DNA from: an uncultured delta proteobacterium
GTDB lineage: Bacteria; Myxococcota_A; Polyangia; Palsa-1104
Length of the DNA: 64,000 nt
Direction: 5' to 3'
NCBI GenBank assembly: GCA_963785725.1
Contig: CAWAWS010000020.1
Coordinates: 128,001 to 192,000 of the forward strand
The translations under genes and the position numbers were made by a program. Numbering within the stretch: position 1 is the first letter of the stretch; every line of letters begins with the position of its first letter. Under the pieces are notes generated by a model. That model did no database searches and was not told the DNA's origin. It saw only the letters and a list, made by a program, of their open reading frames with translations. Shown piece after piece: positions 1 through 9,864 of the stretch.

Positions 1-599
1 GCGAAGGGCAAGCCGACGAAGAGCATGATGCCGAGCTGCTGGGAGACGCGCACGGCGATGCCGTAAGAGGCGAGGCCCATCGCCAATGACAAGATCATTC
101 CCAGTAAATAGGCGAGGCCGAGCGAGCCGGGAATGGCGCGTAAGAGAAAGCCCGGCGGCGCGATGCGCGGTGGCGGCGCGACCGGCTCGCGATAAGGCCC
201 GGCGTCGGCGGGTGGCGCGGCCGGCGGCGCTTCGGCGGCGGGCGTAATCGCGAGCGCCGTGAAGAAGCAAAAGTGAACGAAGGGTAAGAAAAAGAGGCCG
301 GCCCAGAATGGATGCACGCCCATATCGCGCAGCCGGCGCACCGTCAGTGACAGCCCCATATAAATGAACGGCACCGCGACCGCGAAGAGCGCCAGCCAAT
401 AGGACGGATTGTCGCCGTAACGAAAGAGCGGGCTCACGCGCGGCGACACATACATGAGCGGATTCCAGTCCTGCTTGAAGGCGATCGAAACGGCGAGGTC
501 GACGAAATATTTGACGAGGAATAGGCAGGCGCCGGCGAGGACGTACGCGCGGCGACTGACACGGCCTTCCCACGAGAAGAGGTCGAGCGCGTTACGCAT
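1..599 (-). CDS. DUF805-like integral membrane protein (3' end runs off the window)
   Basis: Manual translation from the ATG at 599: MRNALDLFSWEGRVSRRAY...LSLTVRRLRDMGVHPFW. The GRxxRxxY and VRRLxD motifs are typical of DUF805; several TM segments. Absent from the ORF track because its stop lies outside the window. Confidence 0.75.
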   Translation of the reverse strand, partial: MRNALDLFSWEGRVSRRAYVLAGACLFLVKYFVDLAVSIAFKQDWNPLMYVSPRVSPLFRYGDNPSYWLALFAVAVPFIYMGLSLTVRRLRDMGVHPFWAGLFFLPFVHFCFFTALAITPAAEAPPAAPPADAGPYREPVAPPPRIAPPGFLLRAIPGSLGLAYLLGMILSLAMGLASYGIAVRVSQQLGIMLFVGLPF

Positions 600-960
600 G
601 CCGCGGATTATGCCCGAGCCGCCCGGGCCGCGTCGAATATGCGGCAAAAAGTGTGACCCATGTATTGTCGAATGTCGCTCATGAATGCCGACTATCACGC
701 TCGATCCAGTGTTGGCTCATGGATCCCCGTATCCTTACCGACTGCGCGCGACCAGCGAATCGCCGGCGCATGCTTCGCCCGATTTGGAGCGCCGCGAGCG
801 CGTTCTCTGCTTTATATCAGCTTCCTTATATACGCTTACTGAGATGGCAGTGCCCAAAGGGCTGACGCGGCGGCGCGCCTGCGAGTAAACATGTTTAGTT
901 ATAGCCCTCGTGAAAGCGTCCGTGCTACCGAAGACGACGCGAGGAGTGGGACGACAAGAC

Positions 961-1416
961 ATGGCGACGACCGACATCGACTGGGAATTGCGGCTCGGCT
1001 TTCTCATCCACGACGTGTCGCGACTGCGGCGCAGCGCCTTCGATCGTTGCTTGAAGCCGCTCAATGTCACGCGCTCGCAGTGGTGGGTGTTGGCCTATTT
1101 GTCGCGCGAAGACGGCATGACGCAGTCGCAGCTGGCCGAAGCGCTCGACCTCGGCAAGGTGGCGGTCGGCGGTTTGGTCGATCGGCTGGAGAAGTCGGGG
1201 CTCGTGCGCCGCGACGCCGACGCCGACGATCGCCGCGTCAATCGCGTGTACTTGGAGCCGAAGAGCCAGCCGCTCATCGCGCGCATGCGCAAAGCCGGCC
1301 ATAAGCTGAACCAGCAGATCTGGGCGGGGCTGACGAGCGGGAGCCTGGACGTGACGGCGAAGACGCTGGGCGCGATGAAGAAAAACCTGCTCGGCTATCT
1401 CGCCGGCACGGACTGA
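961..1416 (+). CDS. MarR family transcriptional regulator
   Basis: LGFLIHDVSRLRR...TQSQLAEAL...LVDRLEKSGLVRR...DRR winged-helix motif. ATG at 961 preferred; alternative GTG at 910. Confidence 0.93.
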   Translation: MATTDIDWELRLGFLIHDVSRLRRSAFDRCLKPLNVTRSQWWVLAYLSREDGMTQSQLAEALDLGKVAVGGLVDRLEKSGLVRRDADADDRRVNRVYLEPKSQPLIARMRKAGHKLNQQIWAGLTSGSLDVTAKTLGAMKKNLLGYLAGTD

Positions 1417-1421
1417 CGGGA

Positions 1422-2282
1422 TTAACGGCGAATGGAGACGATCGAGTCCTGATAGCCGCCGGCGGCGCGGCCGGACCAGTTGCCGTAGCTCGTCGGACGT
1501 TCGGGCTCGAGGCCGTATTTGCGCAACAGGGCCACAATCTTGGCCTCGTCATAAGCGATGGCGTGCTCGGGGAACTCGCGCTCGACGGAGATGTAGCCGT
1601 CGCCGGGGTATTGGAAGTTGAGCGTGCTCTTGCCGGCGGCGATGAGCGCGCGCACCTCGTCGTCGATGAAGAAGAACGAGAACCACGCGCGACCGCCTTT
1701 GCGCAGCACGCGCGCCGCCTGCGCGATGTAGTTCTCGGCGTCGGGCGGCAGCAAATGCGTAAACAGCGACTTGGCGAACGCGAAATCGAAGGAGCCGTCG
1801 GCGTAGGGGAACGTGAGCTCCGACGCCTTGATGCGGCCGTGCGGACGGAAGTAGCTGTTGTAGAGGTCGAGCGCCTGGAAGCGGAAGCTCGGACGACGCG
1901 CCGTGATGTTCTCGGCGCACCACGCGATCATGGCCTCGCCGATGTCGAAGCCTTCGTAGCGCGCGGCGCCGGTCAGGTAAGCGAGCAGCGGTCCCGCCAT
2001 CTGCCCGCAGCCGCAGCCCATGTCGAGCACGTCATCGGTCGGCTTGAGGCCCGCGCCGACGAAGTGGTTGAGCACGCTGCGCCCGATCTCGCGGAAATGC
2101 ACCGGATCGTTGAAGGGCCCGATTTGATTGCGCAGGCGGCGCGGCGGCGTCAGCGCGTCGCTGAGCTGCAACAGGCGCTCGGCGCGATAGACGAGCCCTT
2201 CGACGACCTCACGCGCCTTCGGTCCGAAGCGGTCGGCGCGCTGCTCGAGGTTCATGAAAAGCGGCAACAGTTCCAGAGTCAT
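1422..2282 (-). CDS. Class I SAM-dependent methyltransferase
   Basis: Motif I VLDMGCGCG; FPYADGSFDF...SLFTHL; RVLRKGG. Confidence 0.9.
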   Translation of the reverse strand: MTLELLPLFMNLEQRADRFGPKAREVVEGLVYRAERLLQLSDALTPPRRLRNQIGPFNDPVHFREIGRSVLNHFVGAGLKPTDDVLDMGCGCGQMAGPLLAYLTGAARYEGFDIGEAMIAWCAENITARRPSFRFQALDLYNSYFRPHGRIKASELTFPYADGSFDFAFAKSLFTHLLPPDAENYIAQAARVLRKGGRAWFSFFFIDDEVRALIAAGKSTLNFQYPGDGYISVEREFPEHAIAYDEAKIVALLRKYGLEPERPTSYGNWSGRAAGGYQDSIVSIRR

Positions 2283-2430
2283 CGACGGACCATAGCAAAC
2301 TCGGCCGCCGAATTCGAGCGCCGGCGCGGACTTATGTCACTGAAGCGACTGCTTGAGTATTCGCGCCGGCCACGCGGTCGCCCGATCGTGCGCCGCCCGT
2401 TTGAACGGCGCACGATCTTCGGCGCGGCGC

Positions 2431-3867
2431 TCAGCCTGCGGGCAGATAGATCGACTTCAGCTGCAGATAGCCATTGAGCGCTTCGGGCCCGAATTCGCGG
2501 CCGAGGCCGCTCGCCTTGACGCCGCCGAAGGGCGCATTCAAGTCGACGGTATAACCATTGACGCCGATGGTGCCCGTCTCGACGCGGAGGGCGACGCGCA
2601 GCGCGCGCTCTTTATCGGCCGACCAGACCGTGCCGCCGAGGCCATATTCACTGTCATTGGCAATGGCGACGGCCTCATTCTCGTCGCCATACGGAATCAC
2701 CGTCAAAACCGGTCCGAAGATCTCCTCGCGCGCGATGGTGGCCCGATTCGTCGTGTCGGCGAAGATGGTCGGCTCGACGAACCAGCCGCGCTTCATGCTC
2801 TTGGGCCGCCCGCCGCCGGTGACGACGCGCGCTTCGGTCCTGCCTTTTGCGATATAGCCCTCGACGCGATCGCGATGCTCCGCCGACGCCAGCGGTCCGA
2901 TCTCGGTCGCCTTGTTCAGCGGATCGCCGATGACCATCTTCGCGGCTTTGGCGGCCAAGGCCTCGACGATTTCACCGTAACGACTCTTGGGCGCGAGAAT
3001 GCGCGTACAGGCCAAACAGGTTTGACCGTTATTGCCGAATGACGCGAAATCGAGACCCGGCAGGACCTTATCGAGCTGCGCGTCTTCGAGGATGATGGCC
3101 GCCGATTTACCGCCTAATTCCAGGCTCACCGGGCGTAACAATTTGCCGCACACCTGCGCGATGATTCGCCCCGCCGCCGTCGAACCGGTAAAGGCGACCT
3201 TTTGCACGCCCGGATGCGCGACCAGATAAGCGCCCAGTTCGCGCCCGCCCGCGACCCAATTGACGACGCCGGCGGGCACGCCCGCTTCGTGCGCCGCTTC
3301 GGCGACGACATAACTGTCGAGCACCGTTCCCGGCGAAGGCTTGAGCACGATCGTACAGCCCGCGGCCAGCGCCGGCGCGATCTTGCTCATCGACAAGACG
3401 ACCGGATAATTCCAAGGCACGATACCGGCAACGACCCCGACGGCCTCTTTGCGTACGATGGTATCGAAGCCGAGCGGCGACGGGCGGCGCTCTTCGAATT
3501 GCATGGTCGTCGCCAGGTGCGCGTAATAACGCATGAGCGCCACTGGATAAGCGCCTTCCAATTGCTCGCTGAGATTGATCGGCATTCCGTTCTGCTTGGT
3601 GACCGATTCGGCGAGCCGACCCACGCGCTTTTCCAGCGAATCGGCGAAGCGGCTCATGACGGCGGCGCGCTCGACGGACGCCAGCTTCGACCATTTCGGC
3701 AAGGCCGCTTTGGCCGCGTTCACGGCGCGATCGACGTCGGCCTCGGACGCTTCGGGCACGCTGCCCAGGCTCTCTTCCGTCGTGGCATTGACGAGGTTGA
3801 GACGCTTGTTCGACGCCGGCCGAACCCACTCGCCACCGATATACAGCGACTCGAGATGGTTGCTCAT
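2431..3867 (-). CDS. Aldehyde dehydrogenase (NAD(P)+)
   Basis: PWNYP, FTGSTAAG, LELGGKS, catalytic Cys in NNGQTC, EEIFGPV, PFGGVKASG. AGGAG RBS 8 nt upstream of the ATG at 3867. Confidence 0.96.
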   Translation of the reverse strand: MSNHLESLYIGGEWVRPASNKRLNLVNATTEESLGSVPEASEADVDRAVNAAKAALPKWSKLASVERAAVMSRFADSLEKRVGRLAESVTKQNGMPINLSEQLEGAYPVALMRYYAHLATTMQFEERRPSPLGFDTIVRKEAVGVVAGIVPWNYPVVLSMSKIAPALAAGCTIVLKPSPGTVLDSYVVAEAAHEAGVPAGVVNWVAGGRELGAYLVAHPGVQKVAFTGSTAAGRIIAQVCGKLLRPVSLELGGKSAAIILEDAQLDKVLPGLDFASFGNNGQTCLACTRILAPKSRYGEIVEALAAKAAKMVIGDPLNKATEIGPLASAEHRDRVEGYIAKGRTEARVVTGGGRPKSMKRGWFVEPTIFADTTNRATIAREEIFGPVLTVIPYGDENEAVAIANDSEYGLGGTVWSADKERALRVALRVETGTIGVNGYTVDLNAPFGGVKASGLGREFGPEALNGYLQLKSIYLPAG

Positions 3868-4104
3868 TGGCATTTCTCCTTCGCGCGTTGGCTTTGCACG
3901 AGCCACTCGAGCCAGGCGGCGTCGAGCGGGAAACCGACTGCCGGCGCGCGATCGGGACGCGATCAGCGCCCACCAACCCGCCCGCCGTTCGCGATCAGTA
4001 TCCGCTCATTTGTTGGTCGGTCAACGACATTGTCGAGACGCTCATGCGCGTTAACATTGACGCGACGAATCAACGACACTGACGGCCCATCCTGCTTAGC
4101 GCGC

Positions 4105-4140
4105 CCGCGACACGCCGCGACACGCCGCGACACGCCGCGA
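4105..4140. repeat. 10-bp tandem repeat (CCGCGACACG x ~3.6), intergenic
   Basis: Read directly from the sequence at 4105-4140. Confidence 0.85.
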
Positions 4141-4200
4141 GACGATCGTACGGCAGCGCATCGTACGCTTGTGTACGATCTCGCCGGCGCGATCTCGCAG

Positions 4201-5292
4201 CTATTGGAAGGTCGCGTTGACGGCGTCGATGAGCGGCTGATAGCTCGTGCGCAAGGCCGGCTGCTGCTCGACGTGCACGAAGCGGCCGTAGGTCGTGCCC
4301 AGCATCGTGCAGGCGTCGGCGGCGCCGGCGGTGAAGCGGCCTTCGACGTTGTCGGTGCCGCACAGCGTGCACGTCGCGGTCGGATAGCCGGCGCCGCACT
4401 TGCCGACGGCGACCTTGCGCGCGACGAGCGCGGCGGCGAGCTGCCCGGCGGCGTCGCTGTCGCTCCAGCTGCCCGAGCCGTCCGAGACGAGCGCCGCCGG
4501 GCACATGTCGGAGTTGCCATGCAGCTGCAGAAACAGGAGCTGCGCATCGCGCTGCGAGAGCTGCGCGTGCACGGCCCAGAACGGCAGCTGCGTCGCGTGC
4601 GCGGCGTCGCTGACGCGATAGTCGGCGGCGGCGGTCGAGCAGGCGTTGGTCGTGCCGTCGCAGCCGCTGGCGGCGGCGTCGGCGCAGCGATGGGCGCCGG
4701 CGAGCAAGTACCAACGCGCGCCCGACTGCGCGAACAGGTCGGCCGATTGATGCTCGGTGTTGGCGTCGAAGATGGGATGCGGCGCTTCGACGGCCAAGCG
4801 GCGCGACGGCGTCGGCGCCGTCAGCGGCGCGGCGTAGGTGCCCCAAAAGCGCGCCGGCGTAGGCGCTCCGCCGGCGTCGACCTCGGCGATGACGCGCAGG
4901 CCGGCCAGATGCAGCAGCCGGTAGCTCGGCGGCAGCGCGCAGGCTTGCGCCTCGTCGCCGGCCAAGATGGCGACGACCTGCGCGGCGAAGGCGTCGCGAT
5001 CGGCGGCGGCCGGCGGCGGCAGCGCTTCGGAGCCGGCGTTGCCGCTCGCGCGCATGGCGACGACGACGGCGTCGACGAAGTCGAGCCAGGCGCCGCCGGT
5101 GGTCAAGGCGCAGCTCGTCTGCCCGCCGTCGTCGCCGGTGACGATGACGGGCGACCCGGAATCGCTCGCCGCGACGTCGCCGGCGGGCGCGGCCAAGTCG
5201 CGCGGCGCCGCCGACGCGTCGACGGCGGAGGTCGCGTCAGCGGAGCAGCCGGCGGCGAGCGCGAGCGCGACGGCCAAGAGCGAGCGGCGCAT
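4201..5292 (-). CDS. Secreted lipoprotein, possible Zn-hydrolase fold (poly-gamma-glutamate hydrolase / N-formylglutamate amidohydrolase-like)
   Basis: Lipobox LAAGC; motifs EAPHP, QLHG, HVEQ; many Cys. The CDS is well supported; the function is tentative. Confidence 0.6.
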   Translation of the reverse strand: MRRSLLAVALALAAGCSADATSAVDASAAPRDLAAPAGDVAASDSGSPVIVTGDDGGQTSCALTTGGAWLDFVDAVVVAMRASGNAGSEALPPPAAADRDAFAAQVVAILAGDEAQACALPPSYRLLHLAGLRVIAEVDAGGAPTPARFWGTYAAPLTAPTPSRRLAVEAPHPIFDANTEHQSADLFAQSGARWYLLAGAHRCADAAASGCDGTTNACSTAAADYRVSDAAHATQLPFWAVHAQLSQRDAQLLFLQLHGNSDMCPAALVSDGSGSWSDSDAAGQLAAALVARKVAVGKCGAGYPTATCTLCGTDNVEGRFTAGAADACTMLGTTYGRFVHVEQQPALRTSYQPLIDAVNATFQ

Positions 5293-5414
5293 TCGCCGAG
5301 CCTACGCCATCGCGCCGGCGGCGGCATCGACGGACCTCACAGCGCACGATGCGGCGGCAAAAACTGCGCCGTCCTCGGCAAAAGGGCGGACCGCGCGTGT
5401 TACGATGAGGGGCC

Positions 5415-8400
5415 GTGGGCTCTTTCCGCGAGATGCCGGTGCCGTCCCGCTTCCGCGTGCTGTCGCGGCTCGGCCGCGGTGCGCAGGGCGCCGTGTACGA
5501 GGCGATCGACCTGACGTCGAACGTGCGCGTGGCGCTCAAGACGATCACGATTACGCGGCCGGAGCAGATCGTCCGCTTCAAGAGCGAGTTCCGCGCCATC
5601 CGCGATCTGCGCCATCCCAACCTCGTCAAGCTGGGCGAGCTGGCGGAGGAGAACGGCCACTGGTTCTTCACGATGGAGATCGTCGACGGCGTCGACTTCA
5701 TCGCCTGGATTCGCGGCGCGCAGGCGCCGCCGTCGGCCGATGCCAGCACGCTGCCGACGGCGGTGACGGGCAAGCCGACCGTCGACGCCGACACGCGCGT
5801 CGAGGCGTCGCGCGTCTCGACCGCCGAAGCGACGGCCGTCACCGCGCCCGCCGCGAGCGCGGAGGCCGTCGCCGAGCCGGTCGTGTCCCGCGCGCCGCTG
5901 TTCGACGAGGCGCGGCTGCGCGCCGGGCTCGGCAGCCTCATCGGCGCGCTCGCCGCCATCCATCGCGCCGGTAAAGTCCATCGCGATCTGAAGCCGTCGA
6001 ACGTGCTGGTGGCGGCCAACGGGCGGCTGGTGCTCATCGACTTCGGCGTCGTCGCCGAGCTCGGCGATCAGACGTCCGACGACGGCCTCGTCATCGGCAC
6101 CAGCGCGTACATGGCGCCCGAGCAGGCGCGCGCCGAGACCATCGGCCCCGCCGCCGATTGGTACGCGCTCGGCGCCCTCTTGTTCGAGGCGTTGACCGGA
6201 CGCCCGCCCTTCATCGGCAAGGCCAGCGACATCATCCGCGCCAAGTGCGGCGTCGAGGCGCCTTCGCCGTCGGTGTACGTCGACGGCGTGCCGGCCGATC
6301 TGGACGCGTTGTGCCGCCGCCTGTTGGCGCGTGACCCGGCGGCGCGGCCGAGCGACGACGAGCTGGCGGCGGCCTTCGGCGATCCGGCGGCCGCGGCAGC
6401 GCCGGCGCAAGCGGCGTTCGTCGGCCGCGCGGCCGAGCAGGCGCAGCTGGAGGCGGCGTTCGACGACACGCGCGCCGGCCGCGCCCGCGTCGTCGTCATC
6501 GAAGGCCCGTCGGGCGTCGGCAAGAGTGAGCTGGTCGCCCGCTTCGTCAGCGAGCTCGGGCGTCGCCAGCCGAAGCTGCTCCTCTTGCGCAGCCGCTGCC
6601 ACGAGCAAGAGCGCCTGCCTTACAACGCGCTCGACGGCATCGTCGACGGCTTGGCGCGCTTCTTGGCGACGCGGCGCCTCGGCAAGCTGCAGGCCTATTT
6701 GCCGACGGGGATCGAGCAGCTGGCGCGCCTCTTTCCCGTGCTCGAGATCGTCGCGCCCATCGAGGAGGCGGTGTACGCCGCGCGCGGGCGCCAGGCGCCG
6801 CCCGAGCGCGCCGCGGCCTTTGCCGCGCTCGCCGAGCTGCTGGCGCGGCTGGCGAGCCGGCGCCCGGTCGTCCTCGTCGTCGACGACGTGCAGTGGGCCG
6901 ACGCCGACAGCCTGACGCTCTTGACCGAGCTGTTGCGGCCGCCGAGCGCCCCGCCGCTCTTCTTCATCGCCACGGCGCGGCCCGCGTCCGACGGCACGCC
7001 GTTGGCGGCGCTGGCCGCGGTCACATCGATCGGGGCCGACGCCACGCACCTGCCGCTCGGCGGCCTCGCCGGCGATGACGCCGCGACGCTGCTCGAGCGA
7101 CTGCTGGCGCAACACGGCGCGCCGCCCGACCTCGATCGCGCCGCGATCTTGGCCGAAGCCGAGGGCCACCCGCTCTTCCTCGACGAGCTCGTGCGCCACC
7201 TCGCGCACGCGCCGGCCGCGACAGGCGCGCGCACGCTCAACGACGTCATCTCGGCGCGCGTCAGCGTGCTGCCGCTGGCCGCGCGCACGCTGTTGTCGGT
7301 CGTCGCCGTCGCCGGCGTGCCGGTGGCGCAGAGCGTCGCCGCGCGCGTCGCCGAGCTCGAGCCGTCCGAGTATCTGACGCAGCTCGAGACCTTGCGCGCC
7401 GGTCAGCTGGTGCGCGTGGCCGGCGTGCGGCTCGAAGACACGATCGAGCCCTATCACGATCGCGTGCGCGAGACGGTCTACGAGCGGCTGCACGCAGGCG
7501 AGCGCGTTCGCCTGCATCGCAAGCTCGGCCTCCTGCTCGAAGAGGCCGGCGCCGGCGCCGACCTCCTGTTCAGCCACTTCGAGAAGGCGGGCGAGCGCGT
7601 GGCCGCCGCGCGCCACGCCGAGACGGCAGCAGCGGCGGCGGCGCGCGCGCTGGCCTTCGATCGCGCGGCCGAGCTCTACGATCACGCGCTCGTCCTCGGC
7701 CGCCACAGCGACGCCGATCGCGGGCGCCTCTTGGCTGCGCTCGGTGACGCGCTCACCAACGCCGGCCGCCCGCAAGAGGCCGCCGCCGCGTTCTTGGATT
7801 CGGCGACGACGCCGGGCCGCTCGCGCGACGAGCTGCTCGAGCTGCATCGCCGCGCCGCCGAGCAGTTGTTGATGGGCGGCCACTTGGAGGCCGGCCTCGA
7901 CGCGACGCGCGCGCTCTTGGCCGCGCTCAATCTGCCGTTTCCCGAAGGCACCGCCGGCGCGCTGGCCAAGCTGGCCTGGCGTCAAGCGCGCCTGACTGTG
8001 CGTCCGCTGCGCTGGCCCAAGCGCCCGGCCGACGCGCTGCCCGCCGACACCCGCCGCCTGCTCGACGTCTATTGGTCGGTGTCGGCCGGCCTCGGCCTCG
8101 TCGACAGCGTGCGCGGCATGCTGTTCGCGCTCGGCGGCGCGCTGGCCTCGCTCGACTACGGCGACGAAGCGCGCATCGCCCGCGCGCTGTCGACGGCGGC
8201 GATCGCCGAAGCCGGCCTCGGCAGCCGCCGTCGCGCCACGCGCCTGGCCGACGCCGCCGCGCGCGCCGCCGACTCCGACGGCAGCGATCGCGCGCGCTTT
8301 TATGGCGCCATGGCGCGCCAAGGCTGCGCCTTCCTCATCGACAACGACTGGCGCCGCGTCCTACAGCTCGGCGACGAGGCGGCCCGCTTGTGGCGCGCCT

Positions 8401-9227
8401 CGGGCCACGTCGCCGCCGGCTTCGAGTGGGACGCCAGCGAGCAATTCAACTGCTGGGCGCTCGACAACCTGGGCCGTCTACGCGACGTCTGCGAGCGCGT
8501 CCCCTTGCGCATTCGCTCGGCCCAGCGCGCCGGCAACCGCTTCATGGAGGTGGCCTTTCGCAGCTTCTTCGCCAACGTCCACTTGACCGTCGACGACGCC
8601 GCCGAAGCGCGCCGCGACGTCCGCGACGCCATCGCCGCCTGGCTGCCCGGCCGCGACGACTTCGGCAACCAACATTATCTTGCACTGCGCAGCCTCACCT
8701 ATATCGCGCTCTACGACGGCAGCGTCGACGCGGTGGCCGCCGAGCTGACGCCGAAGTGGCAGCGGTTCTACGGCTCGCTCATGCGTCACGTGCTGCTCTT
8801 GCGTCAGGATGGTCGCATGCTGACGGCGCAGCTGGCCTTGGCGCGCGCCGTCGCCGCCAAGCAGCGCGGCGACGCGACGGCGGCGACGGCGCTGGCGCGG
8901 ACGGCGCGGCACGACGCGGCGGCCTTGGCGCGCGTGCGCTTGCCGATGGCGCAAGCGGCGCTGCCGCGCGTGCTCGCCGGAATTGCCGCGCTCGCCGGCG
9001 ACGACGCGGCGGCCGTCGCGCAGCTGCGCACGGCGCTCGCACGCGCCGAGGCCGCCGGCGCCGCGCTCTATGCCGCGGCCGTGCGTCGCCGGCTGGGCGC
9101 GCTCGTCGGCGGCAGCGAAGGCGCCGCCCTCGTCATGGCCGGCGACGCGTATCTGGCCGGCGAAGGCGTGCGCAATCCGGCGCGCATGACCGCCGCGCTC
9201 ATGCCCGGCTGGCCGCATCCCGGCTAA
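5415..9227 (+). CDS. Ser/Thr protein kinase fused to AAA_16/STAND-type ATPase and C-terminal helical repeats
   Basis: LGRGAQG, VALK, HRDLKPSN, DFG, GTSAYMAPE; Walker A GPSGVGKS; Walker B LVVDDVQWAD; GHPLFL. Confidence 0.92.
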   Translation: MGSFREMPVPSRFRVLSRLGRGAQGAVYEAIDLTSNVRVALKTITITRPEQIVRFKSEFRAIRDLRHPNLVKLGELAEENGHWFFTMEIVDGVDFIAWIRGAQAPPSADASTLPTAVTGKPTVDADTRVEASRVSTAEATAVTAPAASAEAVAEPVVSRAPLFDEARLRAGLGSLIGALAAIHRAGKVHRDLKPSNVLVAANGRLVLIDFGVVAELGDQTSDDGLVIGTSAYMAPEQARAETIGPAADWYALGALLFEALTGRPPFIGKASDIIRAKCGVEAPSPSVYVDGVPADLDALCRRLLARDPAARPSDDELAAAFGDPAAAAAPAQAAFVGRAAEQAQLEAAFDDTRAGRARVVVIEGPSGVGKSELVARFVSELGRRQPKLLLLRSRCHEQERLPYNALDGIVDGLARFLATRRLGKLQAYLPTGIEQLARLFPVLEIVAPIEEAVYAARGRQAPPERAAAFAALAELLARLASRRPVVLVVDDVQWADADSLTLLTELLRPPSAPPLFFIATARPASDGTPLAALAAVTSIGADATHLPLGGLAGDDAATLLERLLAQHGAPPDLDRAAILAEAEGHPLFLDELVRHLAHAPAATGARTLNDVISARVSVLPLAARTLLSVVAVAGVPVAQSVAARVAELEPSEYLTQLETLRAGQLVRVAGVRLEDTIEPYHDRVRETVYERLHAGERVRLHRKLGLLLEEAGAGADLLFSHFEKAGERVAAARHAETAAAAAARALAFDRAAELYDHALVLGRHSDADRGRLLAALGDALTNAGRPQEAAAAFLDSATTPGRSRDELLELHRRAAEQLLMGGHLEAGLDATRALLAALNLPFPEGTAGALAKLAWRQARLTVRPLRWPKRPADALPADTRRLLDVYWSVSAGLGLVDSVRGMLFALGGALASLDYGDEARIARALSTAAIAEAGLGSRRRATRLADAAARAADSDGSDRARFYGAMARQGCAFLIDNDWRRVLQLGDEAARLWRASGHVAAGFEWDASEQFNCWALDNLGRLRDVCERVPLRIRSAQRAGNRFMEVAFRSFFANVHLTVDDAAEARRDVRDAIAAWLPGRDDFGNQHYLALRSLTYIALYDGSVDAVAAELTPKWQRFYGSLMRHVLLLRQDGRMLTAQLALARAVAAKQRGDATAATALARTARHDAAALARVRLPMAQAALPRVLAGIAALAGDDAAAVAQLRTALARAEAAGAALYAAAVRRRLGALVGGSEGAALVMAGDAYLAGEGVRNPARMTAALMPGWPHPG

Positions 9228-9476
9228 GCCGCGCCCGCAGATCGGCCGGCCGAACCCGCACAATGCCGGCGAGCCGCCTCGCGTTCACGCGCTGCCGACG
9301 TATGCCGCGATACGCCCACGAGCGCGCAATTTCGGCCGCGACGACTGCAAACGATTGGTTGCCACCGACGAGCCGGCTACCGTTTCCGCCGTAAGTCGCC
9401 GCCGCGCGCGCCGCTCGACTGCGGACGATCGTGGGCGCGGTTGACCGAGGACGCCGGCAACTCCAGAACTCACCCG

Positions 9477-9815
9477 ATGCGTAAACTCTTGAGCCTGCTC
9501 GTGCTGGCGACGCTCGGCTGTGCGCACGCGCCGCCGCCGCCCGTCCACGTCGACAAGTCCTACGACACGCCGGAGCTGACGGTGAATCCGCCGCCGCCCA
9601 CGCTCTATCGCTACGTCGGCCGCGTGCGGGGCGTGGCGCGCACGACCGATCTCGTCGCCGCCGCGCGCGCCGCGCAGGACGACCTGCGCTGGAAGGCGCA
9701 CGCGCTCGGCGCCGACGTCGTGCACATCGATTATGTCGCCGTGCCGCCCGAGCATGCGCGACCGATGCGGCGCGTGCTCTTGTCCGGTCGCGCGTACAAG
9801 GCGATTCACCAATAG
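9477..9815 (+). CDS. Small lipoprotein, YbjQ/RcsF/DUF4156-like fold
   Basis: Lipobox TLGC; LRWKAHALGADVV...GRAYK pattern. Confidence 0.65.
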   Translation: MRKLLSLLVLATLGCAHAPPPPVHVDKSYDTPELTVNPPPPTLYRYVGRVRGVARTTDLVAAARAAQDDLRWKAHALGADVVHIDYVAVPPEHARPMRRVLLSGRAYKAIHQ

Positions 9816-9864
9816 CTGCGAAAGCATTTGCGCCGCTGCCTTCTCAATGGGACGGTTAGCGCAC

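Noticed and set aside
4009..4024. TTGTTGGTCGGTCAA as a TetR-like operator upstream of ALDH
   Set aside because: The palindrome is too imperfect and no cognate regulator is adjacent.
3202..8321. Long antisense or alternate-frame ORFs (e.g. 3202-5514 +, 5400-8321 -, and similarly 25822-28050 +, 45823-48483 +, 49608-51830 +)
   Set aside because: Shadow ORFs typical of high-GC DNA: Arg/Ala/Gly-rich, without motifs, and overlapping well-supported genes.
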